Assembly (NCBI GenBank): GCA_021823345.1
Contig: JAKAOF010000001.1
Location: forward strand, 120,174 to 184,173
From: Thermoplasmata archaeon
Lineage (GTDB): Archaea; Thermoplasmatota; Thermoplasmata; Lutacidiplasmatales; UBA184
DNA: 64,000 bases
Reading direction: 5' to 3'
In this document: piece after piece, positions 46,194 through 55,146 of the stretch
Layout of the letters: every line of letters starts with the position of its first letter
How positions within the stretch are numbered: position 1 is the stretch's first letter
Program-made: the position numbers and the translations under genes
Notes under the pieces: model-generated
Databases searched by the model: none
Seen by the model: only the letters and a program-made list of their open reading frames with translations
What the model was told of the DNA's origin: nothing

Positions 46194-46601
46194 GGCGTCC
46201 TCGAGGATCTCCTCGTGGTCGAACGCCAGGGGAGGGCGGCGAGCGAGGGGCCACCAGGCGGCCTCGCGAGCATCATCTCCTCCCTGGAGCCGACCGCCGG
46301 CAGCGGAGAGCAGATACACTGCGCTCGCCACGTGCCCCCGAGGGTCGCGGTCCGGGTCGGAATAGAAGCCCACTAAGGTCTTGATCCGGGTGCGCAGTCC
46401 CGTCTCTTCCAGGATCTCTCGGACCACTGCATCTTCGGCACGTTCTCCCAGTTCTACGAAGCCGCCGGGGAAGGCCCAGTGTCCTTCGAAGGGAGCGTGG
46501 CCGCGCCGGATGAGCAACACCGCCCCCTTCCGGAGCAGCACGCCATCGACGGCCAGCGCCGGGGTCGGATACCGGAACCTTCGAGACCGGGGGGGCGTCA
46601 A
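46137..46601 (-). CDS. Nudix hydrolase
   Basis: Nudix box GGFVELGERAEDAVVREILEETGL. There is no in-frame ATG upstream. A TTG at 46601 overlaps the methylmalonyl-CoA mutase stop (TTGA), so the start is uncertain. Confidence 0.7.
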   Translation of the reverse strand: MTPPRSRRFRYPTPALAVDGVLLRKGAVLLIRRGHAPFEGHWAFPGGFVELGERAEDAVVREILEETGLRTRIKTLVGFYSDPDRDPRGHVASAVYLLSAAGGRLQGGDDAREAAWWPLARRPPLAFDHEEILEDALRCRARVGERKRPGRRIP

Positions 46602-48292
46602 AACATCGAGGTCTCCCGGAAATGCCCGTAGACCTCCTCGAGCGCCTGGACGATCTCCCCGAGGGTCGCTTGGGCTCGAAGCGCCTCCAGGATCGGCCCC
46701 ATCGTGTTCCCGCTCTCCGTCGCGGCGACCTTTCGAAGCTTCTCCAGGGCACGGCTCCACTGGGCCGCATCTCGGCTCTGCCGGAGGCGGCGCAGGCGGC
46801 GGATCTGCGCATCCCGCGCGCTTTCGGGGATCCGGAGCGGGGGGACCTTCGGCGGTGCTTCGGCCCGGGCATAGTTGACCGCCACCACTCTCCGCTGCTC
46901 CGCCTCGATCTCGCTCTGGTAGCGGAAGCTGGCCTCCTGGATCTCCCGTTGAGGGTAACCCTTCTCGATGGCGGCCACGACACCTCCCATCTCTTCGATC
47001 CGGTCGAAGTACTTGTTGGCCTCCTCCTCCATCCGGTCGGTGAGCCACTCAACGTAGTACGATCCTCCGAACGGGTCGATGGTGTCGATCACGCCGACCT
47101 CCTCGGCCAGGATCTGCTGCGTCCGGAGGGCAATGCGGGCCGCACTCTCGCTCGGGAGTTGCAGCGCTTCGTCGTAGGAGTTGGTGTGCAAGGACTGCGT
47201 TCCCCCTATCACGGCGGAAAGCGCCTGCAGGGTGGTGCGCACGATGTTGACCTCTGGCTGCTCGGCGGTGCAGGAGCATCCGGCCGTTTGGGTATGGAAC
47301 CGCAGCCACCAGGAGCGCTCCTTCTTCGCCCCGTAGACCTCGCGGGTGCGCTGGGCCCAGATGCGCCGAGCGGCCCGGAACTTCGCGATCTCCTCGAAGA
47401 AGTCATTGTGCGCGTTGAAGAAGAAGGAGATCCTCGGGAGGAAGTCATCCGGGGCGATCCCCCGCTTCAATGCCTCCTCCACGTAGGTGAACCCGTCTGC
47501 TAGCGTGAACGCAAGCTCCTGGACGGCGGTCGACCCCGCCTCCCGGATGTGGTATCCGGACACCGAGATCGGATTCCACCGGGGCATGTGCTTCGTGGCG
47601 TACTCGATGGTGTCGGTGACGAGCCGTAACGCCGCCCGGGGAGGGTAGACGAACTCTTTCTGAGCAATGTACTCCTTCAGGATGTCGTTCTGAAGGGTGC
47701 CCCCGAGGAGCGCACGGTCGATGCCCTTCTTCTCGGCATCGACGATGTACATCCCCCAGATGATCGATGCCGGGGCATTGATGGTCATGGAGGTCGTGAT
47801 CTCGTCCGGGCGGAGGCCCTTCAGCAGGCGTTCCATGTCGTCGGTGGACGAGACGTTCACGCCGCATTTCCCTACCTCTCCGAGCGTCTGCGGGTCGTCC
47901 ACATCCAATCCGTAGAGGGTGGGATCGTCGAACGCGATCGAGAGTCCGGATTCCCCGTGCTTCAAGAGATAGTGGAAGCGGCGGTTGGTGTCCTCGGGGG
48001 TGCCGAACCCGGAGAACATGCGCATCGACCACTGTCGCCCCTGGTACATCGTGGGATGGATGCCGCGGGTGAAGGGGTACTGGCCCGGATAGCCCAGTTG
48101 GGCAGCGTCCCGGTGGGAGTTCACCGGGGTATACAGGCGGTCGATGTCAACCCAGGAGAGGTTGCGGAAGCTTGCGTTACGCTCGGGCCACTTCTCCAGC
48201 GCAGGCTTGACCGCTTCGTCTTCCCACCGACGCTGGGCCTCGGGAAGGGAGGAACTCGTATTGGGTGAAGAAGGCCGTTTGGTGGCGGCCAT
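46598..48292 (-). CDS. mcmA: Methylmalonyl-CoA mutase, large (catalytic) subunit
   Basis: 564 aa from ATG 48292. Full-length MCM catalytic-domain pattern (YPGQYPFTRGI, RMFSGFGTPEDTN, TQTAGCS). There is no B12-binding domain, so this is the split archaeal form. Confidence 0.9.
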   Translation of the reverse strand: MAATKRPSSPNTSSSLPEAQRRWEDEAVKPALEKWPERNASFRNLSWVDIDRLYTPVNSHRDAAQLGYPGQYPFTRGIHPTMYQGRQWSMRMFSGFGTPEDTNRRFHYLLKHGESGLSIAFDDPTLYGLDVDDPQTLGEVGKCGVNVSSTDDMERLLKGLRPDEITTSMTINAPASIIWGMYIVDAEKKGIDRALLGGTLQNDILKEYIAQKEFVYPPRAALRLVTDTIEYATKHMPRWNPISVSGYHIREAGSTAVQELAFTLADGFTYVEEALKRGIAPDDFLPRISFFFNAHNDFFEEIAKFRAARRIWAQRTREVYGAKKERSWWLRFHTQTAGCSCTAEQPEVNIVRTTLQALSAVIGGTQSLHTNSYDEALQLPSESAARIALRTQQILAEEVGVIDTIDPFGGSYYVEWLTDRMEEEANKYFDRIEEMGGVVAAIEKGYPQREIQEASFRYQSEIEAEQRRVVAVNYARAEAPPKVPPLRIPESARDAQIRRLRRLRQSRDAAQWSRALEKLRKVAATESGNTMGPILEALRAQATLGEIVQALEEVYGHFRETSMF

Positions 48293-48303
48293 TCGACCCT
48301 CCC

Positions 48304-48900
48304 CTACAGGACCATCTCGAGGAGTTGGACGTCTTCCTTCCAAAGGTGCTTGTGGAAGACTCCGGTCTCGTGAAAGCCCAATTTCTTGAAGAGCGAGATT
48401 GCGTGCGCGAAGCGGGTCAGCGGCTCCGTCCAGAGGGACGCGGCGTTCGCCTTCTTGGCCCATTCGATCCCGGACATGAGGAGCGCTCGGCCGACGCCCT
48501 GCTTGCGGTACTCCGGTTCGACCGCCACGTGCACGATGCGCGCAGAGCCATCCGCCATCGAGCATCCGAGGATGCCGATGAGCCGGCGATCCCGGCGTGC
48601 GGCGAAGAATGTCACCCCTTCCATTTGACTCGTGAATTCGAGCGGGGTCGGTTGCCAGGTCTTCTCGAACTCGTTGGGGATCTTTCCCTTGAACTCCTCC
48701 CAGATCTTCTTGTACAGCGCACAGATGTCCGGAATATCGCTGTGAGTCGCCTGCGCCACCAAAAGCCCGGGAGGGCTTGGTTCTGCGGGTGACGCGCTGG
48801 TGTTTCGTTCTTGAGAGGCAGGCTCCTTCTTCTGCGGGGGTACGGCGGGCGCCCCCTCAGCCTTGCCCTGTGCACTCATCTTGGTTGCCGCGCTAGACAT
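48304..48900 (-). CDS. GNAT family N-acetyltransferase with low-complexity N-terminus
   Basis: Acetyl-CoA motif VAVEPEYRKQGVGRALL. Start is ATG 48900 or 48879. The stop lies 11 nt upstream of the mutase start. Confidence 0.8.
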   Translation of the reverse strand: MSSAATKMSAQGKAEGAPAVPPQKKEPASQERNTSASPAEPSPPGLLVAQATHSDIPDICALYKKIWEEFKGKIPNEFEKTWQPTPLEFTSQMEGVTFFAARRDRRLIGILGCSMADGSARIVHVAVEPEYRKQGVGRALLMSGIEWAKKANAASLWTEPLTRFAHAISLFKKLGFHETGVFHKHLWKEDVQLLEMVL

Positions 48901-48927
48901 AGCAGACGGAGGCCTTAAATCTAGCGC

Positions 48928-51900
48928 ATGGCGACCGGGAGAATCCGCTCGCTTTCGCGCGTGGGGGACCGAAACGGGGCCCATCGCTGGTTCCGCAAGC
49001 ATTTTGGACAGGCACTCTCTTCCCTGCCGCTGGTGAGACGTGCTGTGAACCGGAACATCGAAGGAAGGAGCTCCCTGACCTGGACGATCTTCATCGTGGC
49101 GATCGGCGTGCTCCTCCTGACGCCGGGAGGTTTCCTCTCCACCGGGTCCACCGTTGCCTCGCACCCGGTCGCGCCGGTTTCACTCGTGTCCCGGTCGTTG
49201 ACTCGGGCGCTACCCTTCGGGGCTCCGGGCCACTCATCCTCGAGAACGATGGCCGGTCCGGCCCTTTCCTACTTCCCCTCCGTTAACCAGTCGATTGGCG
49301 TCAACTATCAGGCGACGAGCAATCCCACCGCACAGAACGAACCGGGGATCGCCGTCAATCCGACCAACCCCCGGAACATCATCGTCTCCGGGAACGACTA
49401 TAATGTCAACGCCACGGGCTCGGTGTTCGGACCTTGGGCCAGCGAGTGGACCTCCATGGATGGCGGGGCCTCTTGGTCATATCATCCGGCCGCGATGAAC
49501 TCGACGTTCCCGGGCGGACATCCTTGCTTCGGCGGTGACCCCAACGTCTTCTTCGGCCCGGATGGGACCGCCTACTTCGCCGGTATCGGCTATTCGGACC
49601 CGGTCGCCTCATCGACCTGTGGCAGTGCAAGCTCGACCAATGGCGGGCTCTTTGTCGCCCACTCCACCGACGGAGGATTGACCTGGAACTATGTGTCCGT
49701 GGCCAACGACTCGGCAGGGTATTGGTACGACAAAGAGTGGATGGGTGTCGACCCATCGACCGGGACGGTCTCGATCGATGTGATGCAGTACGGCCTCACG
49801 AGCTCATCCGCCCTCATCCAGTACTTCTATTCCACGAACAAGGGCGTCTCTTGGAATGGCCCGATCGACGTCAACAATCCCGCCGTGGACCAGAACATGG
49901 TGGCCGCGGGGCTCGCCGTCGACAACCAGGGAGGCATCGATGTCGTTTGGCAGAACGAGTCGGCCGGCAACGTGATCGAGTTCTCCCGCGCCAGTGCCCC
50001 CGGGAACCCCTTCTCCGCCGAGATGGCATTGGGGACCATCAACTGCGCCCCGGCCCCCCCGGGAGGATTTCCCGAGATCAATGGGGTCCAACGGATGAAC
50101 TGCTTCCCTCAGATATTTGCCGATGACTCCTCGACCAGTCCCTACAAGGGCAATCTCTACATCGTCTACTCGACGAACACCACCTCGTTGCAGATCCAGC
50201 TCCTCCGGTCCACGAACTACGGCTCCTCATGGACCTCTCAGGCTTCCGCCGTTGCGGTCAACAACGACCCGAGCGACGGGGCGGATCATTGGTTCCCGCA
50301 GGTGACCGTCGGGAAGAACGGCACGGTCTACGTCGAGTTCCTGGACCGCCGATACAACTCCGGCAACCTCCTCGTGGATACCACCGTAGGGGTCTCCACC
50401 AATGGCGGGGTTTCCTTCTCCCGGAACATCCGTGTTTCTTCCGTAAGCGGGAATCCTGACGTATGGACGGGTTTCATGGGAGACTACCAGAACGTGTGGT
50501 GGTCCGCCAACGGGACTTTCTCGGTGTGGACCGATTTCCGTAACGGGGTCGCGGGCAACATGAACGAGGACCTCTACGTGGGCCAGTTGGTCTGGGTCAA
50601 TGTGACCGCCAACATACCGGGAGTCACCGCCACCGTGGATGGGACCTCCGCACCCCTGTCGGAGAAGGTCTGGTGGAACCATGGTACGATCCACAACGTC
50701 TCCGTACCTTCGACCGTCACCTACCTCGGTAACACCTATTCCTTCCAGCGGTGGCAGGGGTATTCCACCTCCACATCGCCGGCCCTCACCGGTGTGACGG
50801 CGCTGGGGACCGGTCGATTGACCGCGGTCTATCTGAGCCCGAGCCTCAAGAACCTCTCCGCCGCCGTGACCACGCTCCCTTCCGGGAGTGCCTCCACCAG
50901 CCAGCGGGTGACGGTGAAGGTCAATGTGACCTCCTCCGGATCCCCCGTTTCGGGCGCCAAGGTCTCCTTCTCGGATTCACTTTCCGATGCCTTCACTCCG
51001 TCCTTGGGCACCACCTCGGCGACGGGACTCGCCTGGGCCAACTTCACCACCCCGCTCGTTGCAAGCGCCACCAACGACACCGTCTCGGTGACGGTGAACG
51101 CCACCGGCTACAATCCGGGATCGGGTGGGGCCGCTCTCAACATCACTCCCTCCTCCACGGGACCGGTCATCAACCGGTTCCTCCCGGGCCCCAATCCCAT
51201 CGACCAAGGTTTCACCACGTTCCTCAATGTGAGCACTTCCGGCGGAAAGAGTCCGCTTACCTACCGTTACACTGGACTTCCGCCGGGCTGCAGTTCTCAG
51301 AACGTCTCGTCGCTGCCATGCTCCCCTACCTCCTCTGGTAACTACTCGATCACGGTCAATGTCACCGATGCTTCGGGACTCTCCCACACCGCGACCACCC
51401 TCCTCGAGGTCTTCCCGGCTCCCGCGATCTCGTCGTTCACCGCCACTCCGTCCTCCGTCAAGGTCGGGAGCGCCACTTACCTCAACGTCACGGCCACCGG
51501 GGGTTCCAGTGCGCTCCGATTCGTCTACGTCGGTCTCCCCCCGGGCTGCGCGACGTCCAACACCTCCTCCCTGCGCTGTGTGCCGACTCTCGCCGGCAGT
51601 TTCGCGGTCACGGTCTTTGCGAATGACTCCTTGGGAGGAACCTCCCAGAGGACCTTCGACCTGAGCGTCTACCTCGCTCCGGTGATCACGTCGTTCACGG
51701 CCGCGCCCAACCCCGCCTTCGTGGGGGGGACCGTCTATCTCAACGTCTCGACGACCGGCGGCGAGGGGGTCATCTCGTTCGCCTACGGTGGGCTTCCGAA
51801 CCTCTGCGTCTCTGTCAATACCCCCACCTTCACTTGCGCGGTCAACACTCCGGGGAATTACTCGGTGCGGGCGTATGCGAACGACTCCTTCGGCCATTCG

Positions 51901-52704
51901 ACCTCGGCCCTCGCCTCAGTGAGCGTTCTCTCCCTTCCTGCGATCAGCGTCTTCACCATGTCGCCCGCTCGCATCGATGTCTCCCAAACAACTTATCTCA
52001 ACGTGACAGCCACCGGGGGAGAGGCTCCCCTCACGTACTCGTTCGTAGGTTTGCCGGGGGGATGCCTTTCGACCAACTCCATCCACCTGCCGTGCTCGCC
52101 GACGACCTCCGGAAGTTTCCCGGTCCAAGCGCAGGTGAAGGATGCCGCCGGTCATGTGGCCACCCAGTTCGCGACCCTCTCGGTCGCTGCCATTCCCACC
52201 ATCTCCGCGTTCAATGCCTCTGCAAATCCCGCGACGGTGGGCACCGTGGTCGCCTTCCATGTCCTTGCTGCCGGAGGCCAGGCGCCGCTCACCTACTCGT
52301 ACTTGGGACTGCCCCCGGGTTGCCAAAACACCTCGGTCCCCAACTTCTCCTGCACTCCCGCCACCGCCGGAACCTTCAACATCACGGTGGTGGTCGAGGA
52401 CGCGAGCCATGAGTCGGCTTCGGCCGTTCTCCGGCTCAGCGTGGTCTCGCCCCCGGCGGCCTCCAATGGGTTCTTGGGGATCGGGTCCACCACCCTGGTG
52501 ATCCTGCTCCTCGTGGCCGTCGTGGTCGCGGTGGTCATCGCCACCCTCGTGGTCCTGTCGAGGCGCCGGCGGCAGTCTCCCCCCGGTAATCCCGTCTCTG
52601 CTCCTCCGGGACCCCCGCCGGGGTGGCCCGCGGGCCCGCCTCCTCCCGCCCCGGGTTACTACCCGCCCCCTCCGGGGGGGTACCCTCCGCCGCCGCCGGG
52701 ATGA
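48928..52704 (+). CDS. Giant surface protein: BNR/Asp-box (sialidase-like) propeller, Ig-like domains, five Cys-pair stalk repeats, TM helix, Pro-rich cytoplasmic tail
   Basis: Asp-boxes SMDGGASW, STDGGLTW, STNKGVSW, STNYGSSW and STNGGVSF. Five GLPPGC..C.P repeats. TM LVILLLVAVVVAVVIATLVVL. Tail PPGPPPGWPAGPPPPAPGYYPPPPGGYPPPPPG. The start may be GTG 48961 rather than ATG 48928. Confidence 0.8.
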   Translation: MATGRIRSLSRVGDRNGAHRWFRKHFGQALSSLPLVRRAVNRNIEGRSSLTWTIFIVAIGVLLLTPGGFLSTGSTVASHPVAPVSLVSRSLTRALPFGAPGHSSSRTMAGPALSYFPSVNQSIGVNYQATSNPTAQNEPGIAVNPTNPRNIIVSGNDYNVNATGSVFGPWASEWTSMDGGASWSYHPAAMNSTFPGGHPCFGGDPNVFFGPDGTAYFAGIGYSDPVASSTCGSASSTNGGLFVAHSTDGGLTWNYVSVANDSAGYWYDKEWMGVDPSTGTVSIDVMQYGLTSSSALIQYFYSTNKGVSWNGPIDVNNPAVDQNMVAAGLAVDNQGGIDVVWQNESAGNVIEFSRASAPGNPFSAEMALGTINCAPAPPGGFPEINGVQRMNCFPQIFADDSSTSPYKGNLYIVYSTNTTSLQIQLLRSTNYGSSWTSQASAVAVNNDPSDGADHWFPQVTVGKNGTVYVEFLDRRYNSGNLLVDTTVGVSTNGGVSFSRNIRVSSVSGNPDVWTGFMGDYQNVWWSANGTFSVWTDFRNGVAGNMNEDLYVGQLVWVNVTANIPGVTATVDGTSAPLSEKVWWNHGTIHNVSVPSTVTYLGNTYSFQRWQGYSTSTSPALTGVTALGTGRLTAVYLSPSLKNLSAAVTTLPSGSASTSQRVTVKVNVTSSGSPVSGAKVSFSDSLSDAFTPSLGTTSATGLAWANFTTPLVASATNDTVSVTVNATGYNPGSGGAALNITPSSTGPVINRFLPGPNPIDQGFTTFLNVSTSGGKSPLTYRYTGLPPGCSSQNVSSLPCSPTSSGNYSITVNVTDASGLSHTATTLLEVFPAPAISSFTATPSSVKVGSATYLNVTATGGSSALRFVYVGLPPGCATSNTSSLRCVPTLAGSFAVTVFANDSLGGTSQRTFDLSVYLAPVITSFTAAPNPAFVGGTVYLNVSTTGGEGVISFAYGGLPNLCVSVNTPTFTCAVNTPGNYSVRAYANDSFGHSTSALASVSVLSLPAISVFTMSPARIDVSQTTYLNVTATGGEAPLTYSFVGLPGGCLSTNSIHLPCSPTTSGSFPVQAQVKDAAGHVATQFATLSVAAIPTISAFNASANPATVGTVVAFHVLAAGGQAPLTYSYLGLPPGCQNTSVPNFSCTPATAGTFNITVVVEDASHESASAVLRLSVVSPPAASNGFLGIGSTTLVILLLVAVVVAVVIATLVVLSRRRRQSPPGNPVSAPPGPPPGWPAGPPPPAPGYYPPPPGGYPPPPPG
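51160..52452 (+). repeat. Tandem array of five ~86 aa Cys-pair Ig-like coding repeats
   Basis: Units carry PLTYRYTGLPPGC, ALRFVYVGLPPGC, VISFAYGGLPNLC, PLTYSFVGLPGGC and PLTYSYLGLPPGC, each followed by ..C.P...G.[YF]. Confidence 0.8.
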
Positions 52705-52730
52705 ACGGAAGGGGACCCTGGCCGCTCCGT

Positions 52731-54032
52731 TCAGGGAGTGACGCGGGACGGGGTGCGCGGGAACGGTGTGGTGTCGCGGATGTGCTCGCGCTTACAGATC
52801 CATCGGACCAAGCGCTCGACACCGAGACCGAAACCTGCATGGGGCACGCTCCCGTACCTCCGCAGGTCGAGATACCACTCGTAGTTCTCAAGACGCGCTC
52901 CCTGCCGGTCGAGCCGGGACCGGAGCGTGTCGATGCTCGTCTCACGGCAGGAAGCCCCGATGAGCTCGCCATAGCCTTCGGGTGCGAGGAGGTCGTTGCC
53001 GTCCACGACCCGGTCGTCGTCCGTACTGCGGAGCATGTAGAAGGCCTTGATCTCGGCCGGGTAGTTCGTGACGAACAACGGTTCGCTACGGTCGGCCGTG
53101 AGCGCTCGCTCCTCGTTGGTCCCCAGGTCCTTGCCGAAGGGGAGCTCAACGCCCTTGGCGCGGAGCCGGTCGAGCGCTTCCTCGTACCGGATGCGTTCGA
53201 AGGGCGCCTTAAGGGCCAGCAGCTCTTCCGGCTTTCGGCCGAGCGATTCGAGTTCCTTCGGTCGCTTGCGAGCGACGTCGTGACAGATCCGGAGCACGAG
53301 CCCTTCCTGGAGTTCCAGGTTGTCCCGAAGGTCCGCCCACGCGCTCTCGACCTCGAGGTGGGTGTACTCGGTCAGGTGGCGATTCGTCCGCGACTTCTCG
53401 GCCCGGAACGAGGTGGTGACCGAGTAGACGCGCTCCAAGGGGAAGATGAGGGCTTCAAGGTAGAGTTGGGCGGTCTGGGCGAGGTAAGCCTCCCGTCCGA
53501 AATAATCGAGGGTGAACGCTTCGGCCCCTCCCTCGGCGGCGTTGCCGGTCAAGAGCGGTGGGGTCATCTCAAGATAGCCCCGCTCGTCGAGGTACGCTCG
53601 GGCGGACCGAAGGATCTCGGCCTTGACCTTGAGGGTCGCCACGATGTCGCTCGAACGGACGGCGAGGTGCCGTTGGTCGAGCTGGAATTCTTCCGTCTGC
53701 CCGCTGAAGATCGGGAACGGCGCTGCCGCGGAGACGACCCGGGCGACCTCGACCCGAAGCTCGAAACCTCCCGGGGCCCGAGCATCCTCGGCGACCGTCC
53801 CCGTCACTTCCACCGAGCTCTCGATGAGCGCAGACGAATACTGGGCAAAGCCCGCCTCTCCGAGCGTCTGCTTACGCGCGGTCGTCTGGATAAGTCCGGA
53901 GGAGTCCCGGACCACCACGAAGGCCAAGCCTCCGGAGCTCCGGGTCCGGAAGATCCACCCTCGAATCGAGAGCCGTTTCCCCACCGAAGCGGTCGAGTTG
54001 GCCGTGGCGATGGGGACGAACTCCCAGGTCAC
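52731..54032 (-). CDS. asnS: Asparagine--tRNA ligase
   Basis: Class IIb motifs FRAEKSRTNRHLTEY, KAFYM and YEWYLDLRRYGSVPHAGFGLGVERL...PFPRTP (AsnRS-type C-terminus). GTG 54032 overlaps the tfs stop (GTGA) and gives a canonical N-terminus. Confidence 0.85.
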   Translation of the reverse strand: MTWEFVPIATANSTASVGKRLSIRGWIFRTRSSGGLAFVVVRDSSGLIQTTARKQTLGEAGFAQYSSALIESSVEVTGTVAEDARAPGGFELRVEVARVVSAAAPFPIFSGQTEEFQLDQRHLAVRSSDIVATLKVKAEILRSARAYLDERGYLEMTPPLLTGNAAEGGAEAFTLDYFGREAYLAQTAQLYLEALIFPLERVYSVTTSFRAEKSRTNRHLTEYTHLEVESAWADLRDNLELQEGLVLRICHDVARKRPKELESLGRKPEELLALKAPFERIRYEEALDRLRAKGVELPFGKDLGTNEERALTADRSEPLFVTNYPAEIKAFYMLRSTDDDRVVDGNDLLAPEGYGELIGASCRETSIDTLRSRLDRQGARLENYEWYLDLRRYGSVPHAGFGLGVERLVRWICKREHIRDTTPFPRTPSRVTP

Positions 54033-54340
54033 TGATACTCCCTCCACTTGTGGTCGCACTTCGTGCACTGGAAGATGCGGGTCTCGGGTTCATCGGCCCC
54101 TCGAGTCTGCCGTAGCACCCAGTAGGCCTCGTTATGGCCGCATTTGGGGCACTCCTCCTCCTTGGAGACGGGCAACGGGTTGACCTTCTGCTCCACCACC
54201 GCCACTTCCTTCGCCTTTAGCTGGTGATGCTCCACGACCTTGCCACTACCCATCTTGACGTTCGTACCGCATTTGGGGCAGATCCAGAGCCCCTGTGCGG
54301 TGTTCGGTCGCATGAGCTTCTTGCAGGCAGGGCAAAACAT
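54029..54340 (-). CDS. tfs: Transcription factor S / RNA polymerase subunit M-like
   Basis: MFCPACKKLM...CPKCG N-terminal Zn ribbon. C-terminal Zn ribbon CPKCGHNEAYWVLRQTRGADEPETRIFQCTKCDHKW with the acidic DE loop. Confidence 0.9.
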   Translation of the reverse strand: MFCPACKKLMRPNTAQGLWICPKCGTNVKMGSGKVVEHHQLKAKEVAVVEQKVNPLPVSKEEECPKCGHNEAYWVLRQTRGADEPETRIFQCTKCDHKWREYQ

Positions 54341-54363
54341 GGTGGGGGTAATGCGCACCACCG

Positions 54364-54370
54364 CTAATTA
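54364..54370 (-). promoter_or_regulatory. Putative TATA box for tfs
   Basis: The minus strand reads TAATTAG, 24 nt upstream of ATG 54340. Confidence 0.4.
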
Positions 54371-54441
54371 CCCCTTCGGAGTCCAACGTGAGAACGGGAC
54401 CCTTCGTGCGCCTACCAAAAGGATGAAGAGCCCCTCGCGCC

Positions 54442-55146
54442 ATGGACGTCCGGATGAACGAGCGCCACATCGCCGACCTCCAGGATGTCACCAAGGTGTA
54501 CGGTTCCGGAAGGAACACGGTCACGGCGCTCCGGGGAGTGAACCTTCGGATCGATCCCGGGGAGTTCCTGGCGGTCGTGGGGCCCTCGGGAAGCGGCAAG
54601 TCCACCCTGCTCCATATCCTCGGATGCATGGATGTCCCCACGACCGGCACGGTCGAGATCGACGGCGAACCCGTTCCGCGGGAGAACGAACGCAAGCGAA
54701 CGGCGCTGCGGGGGGAGAAGATCGGCTTCGTCTTCCAGGCCTTCCATCTGCTCAATGAGCTTTCGGTCCGAGAGAACATCGAACTGCCTCGGATGTTCCT
54801 GCGCCGGACCAACGGGAGCCGCCTCCTCAAGCCCGAGGAGCTCATCGCGAAGGTCCACATGCCGGTCGCCCTCCTCGACCGTCGGCCCACGGAGATCTCC
54901 GGGGGCGAACGACAACGGGTGGCCATCGCCCGCGCGCTCGCCAACAACCCCTCCATGCTCCTTTGCGACGAGCCCACGGGAAACCTTGACTCGGCCAACT
55001 CCGAGGCCGTCATGGCGATCTTCGATTCGTTGAACCGGGCCGGGGGTACGATCGTGGTGGTGACCCATAACCCCGAAGTGGCCTCCCATGCCTCCCGGAT
55101 GGTCACGTTAAAGGACGGTCAGGTGGTCGAGGCGGAGAGCCCATGA
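54442..55146 (+). CDS. ABC transporter ATP-binding protein (MacB/LolD-like)
   Basis: Walker A GPSGSGKST, signature ISGGERQR, Walker B LLCDEPTGNLD. Confidence 0.9.
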   Translation: MDVRMNERHIADLQDVTKVYGSGRNTVTALRGVNLRIDPGEFLAVVGPSGSGKSTLLHILGCMDVPTTGTVEIDGEPVPRENERKRTALRGEKIGFVFQAFHLLNELSVRENIELPRMFLRRTNGSRLLKPEELIAKVHMPVALLDRRPTEISGGERQRVAIARALANNPSMLLCDEPTGNLDSANSEAVMAIFDSLNRAGGTIVVVTHNPEVASHASRMVTLKDGQVVEAESP

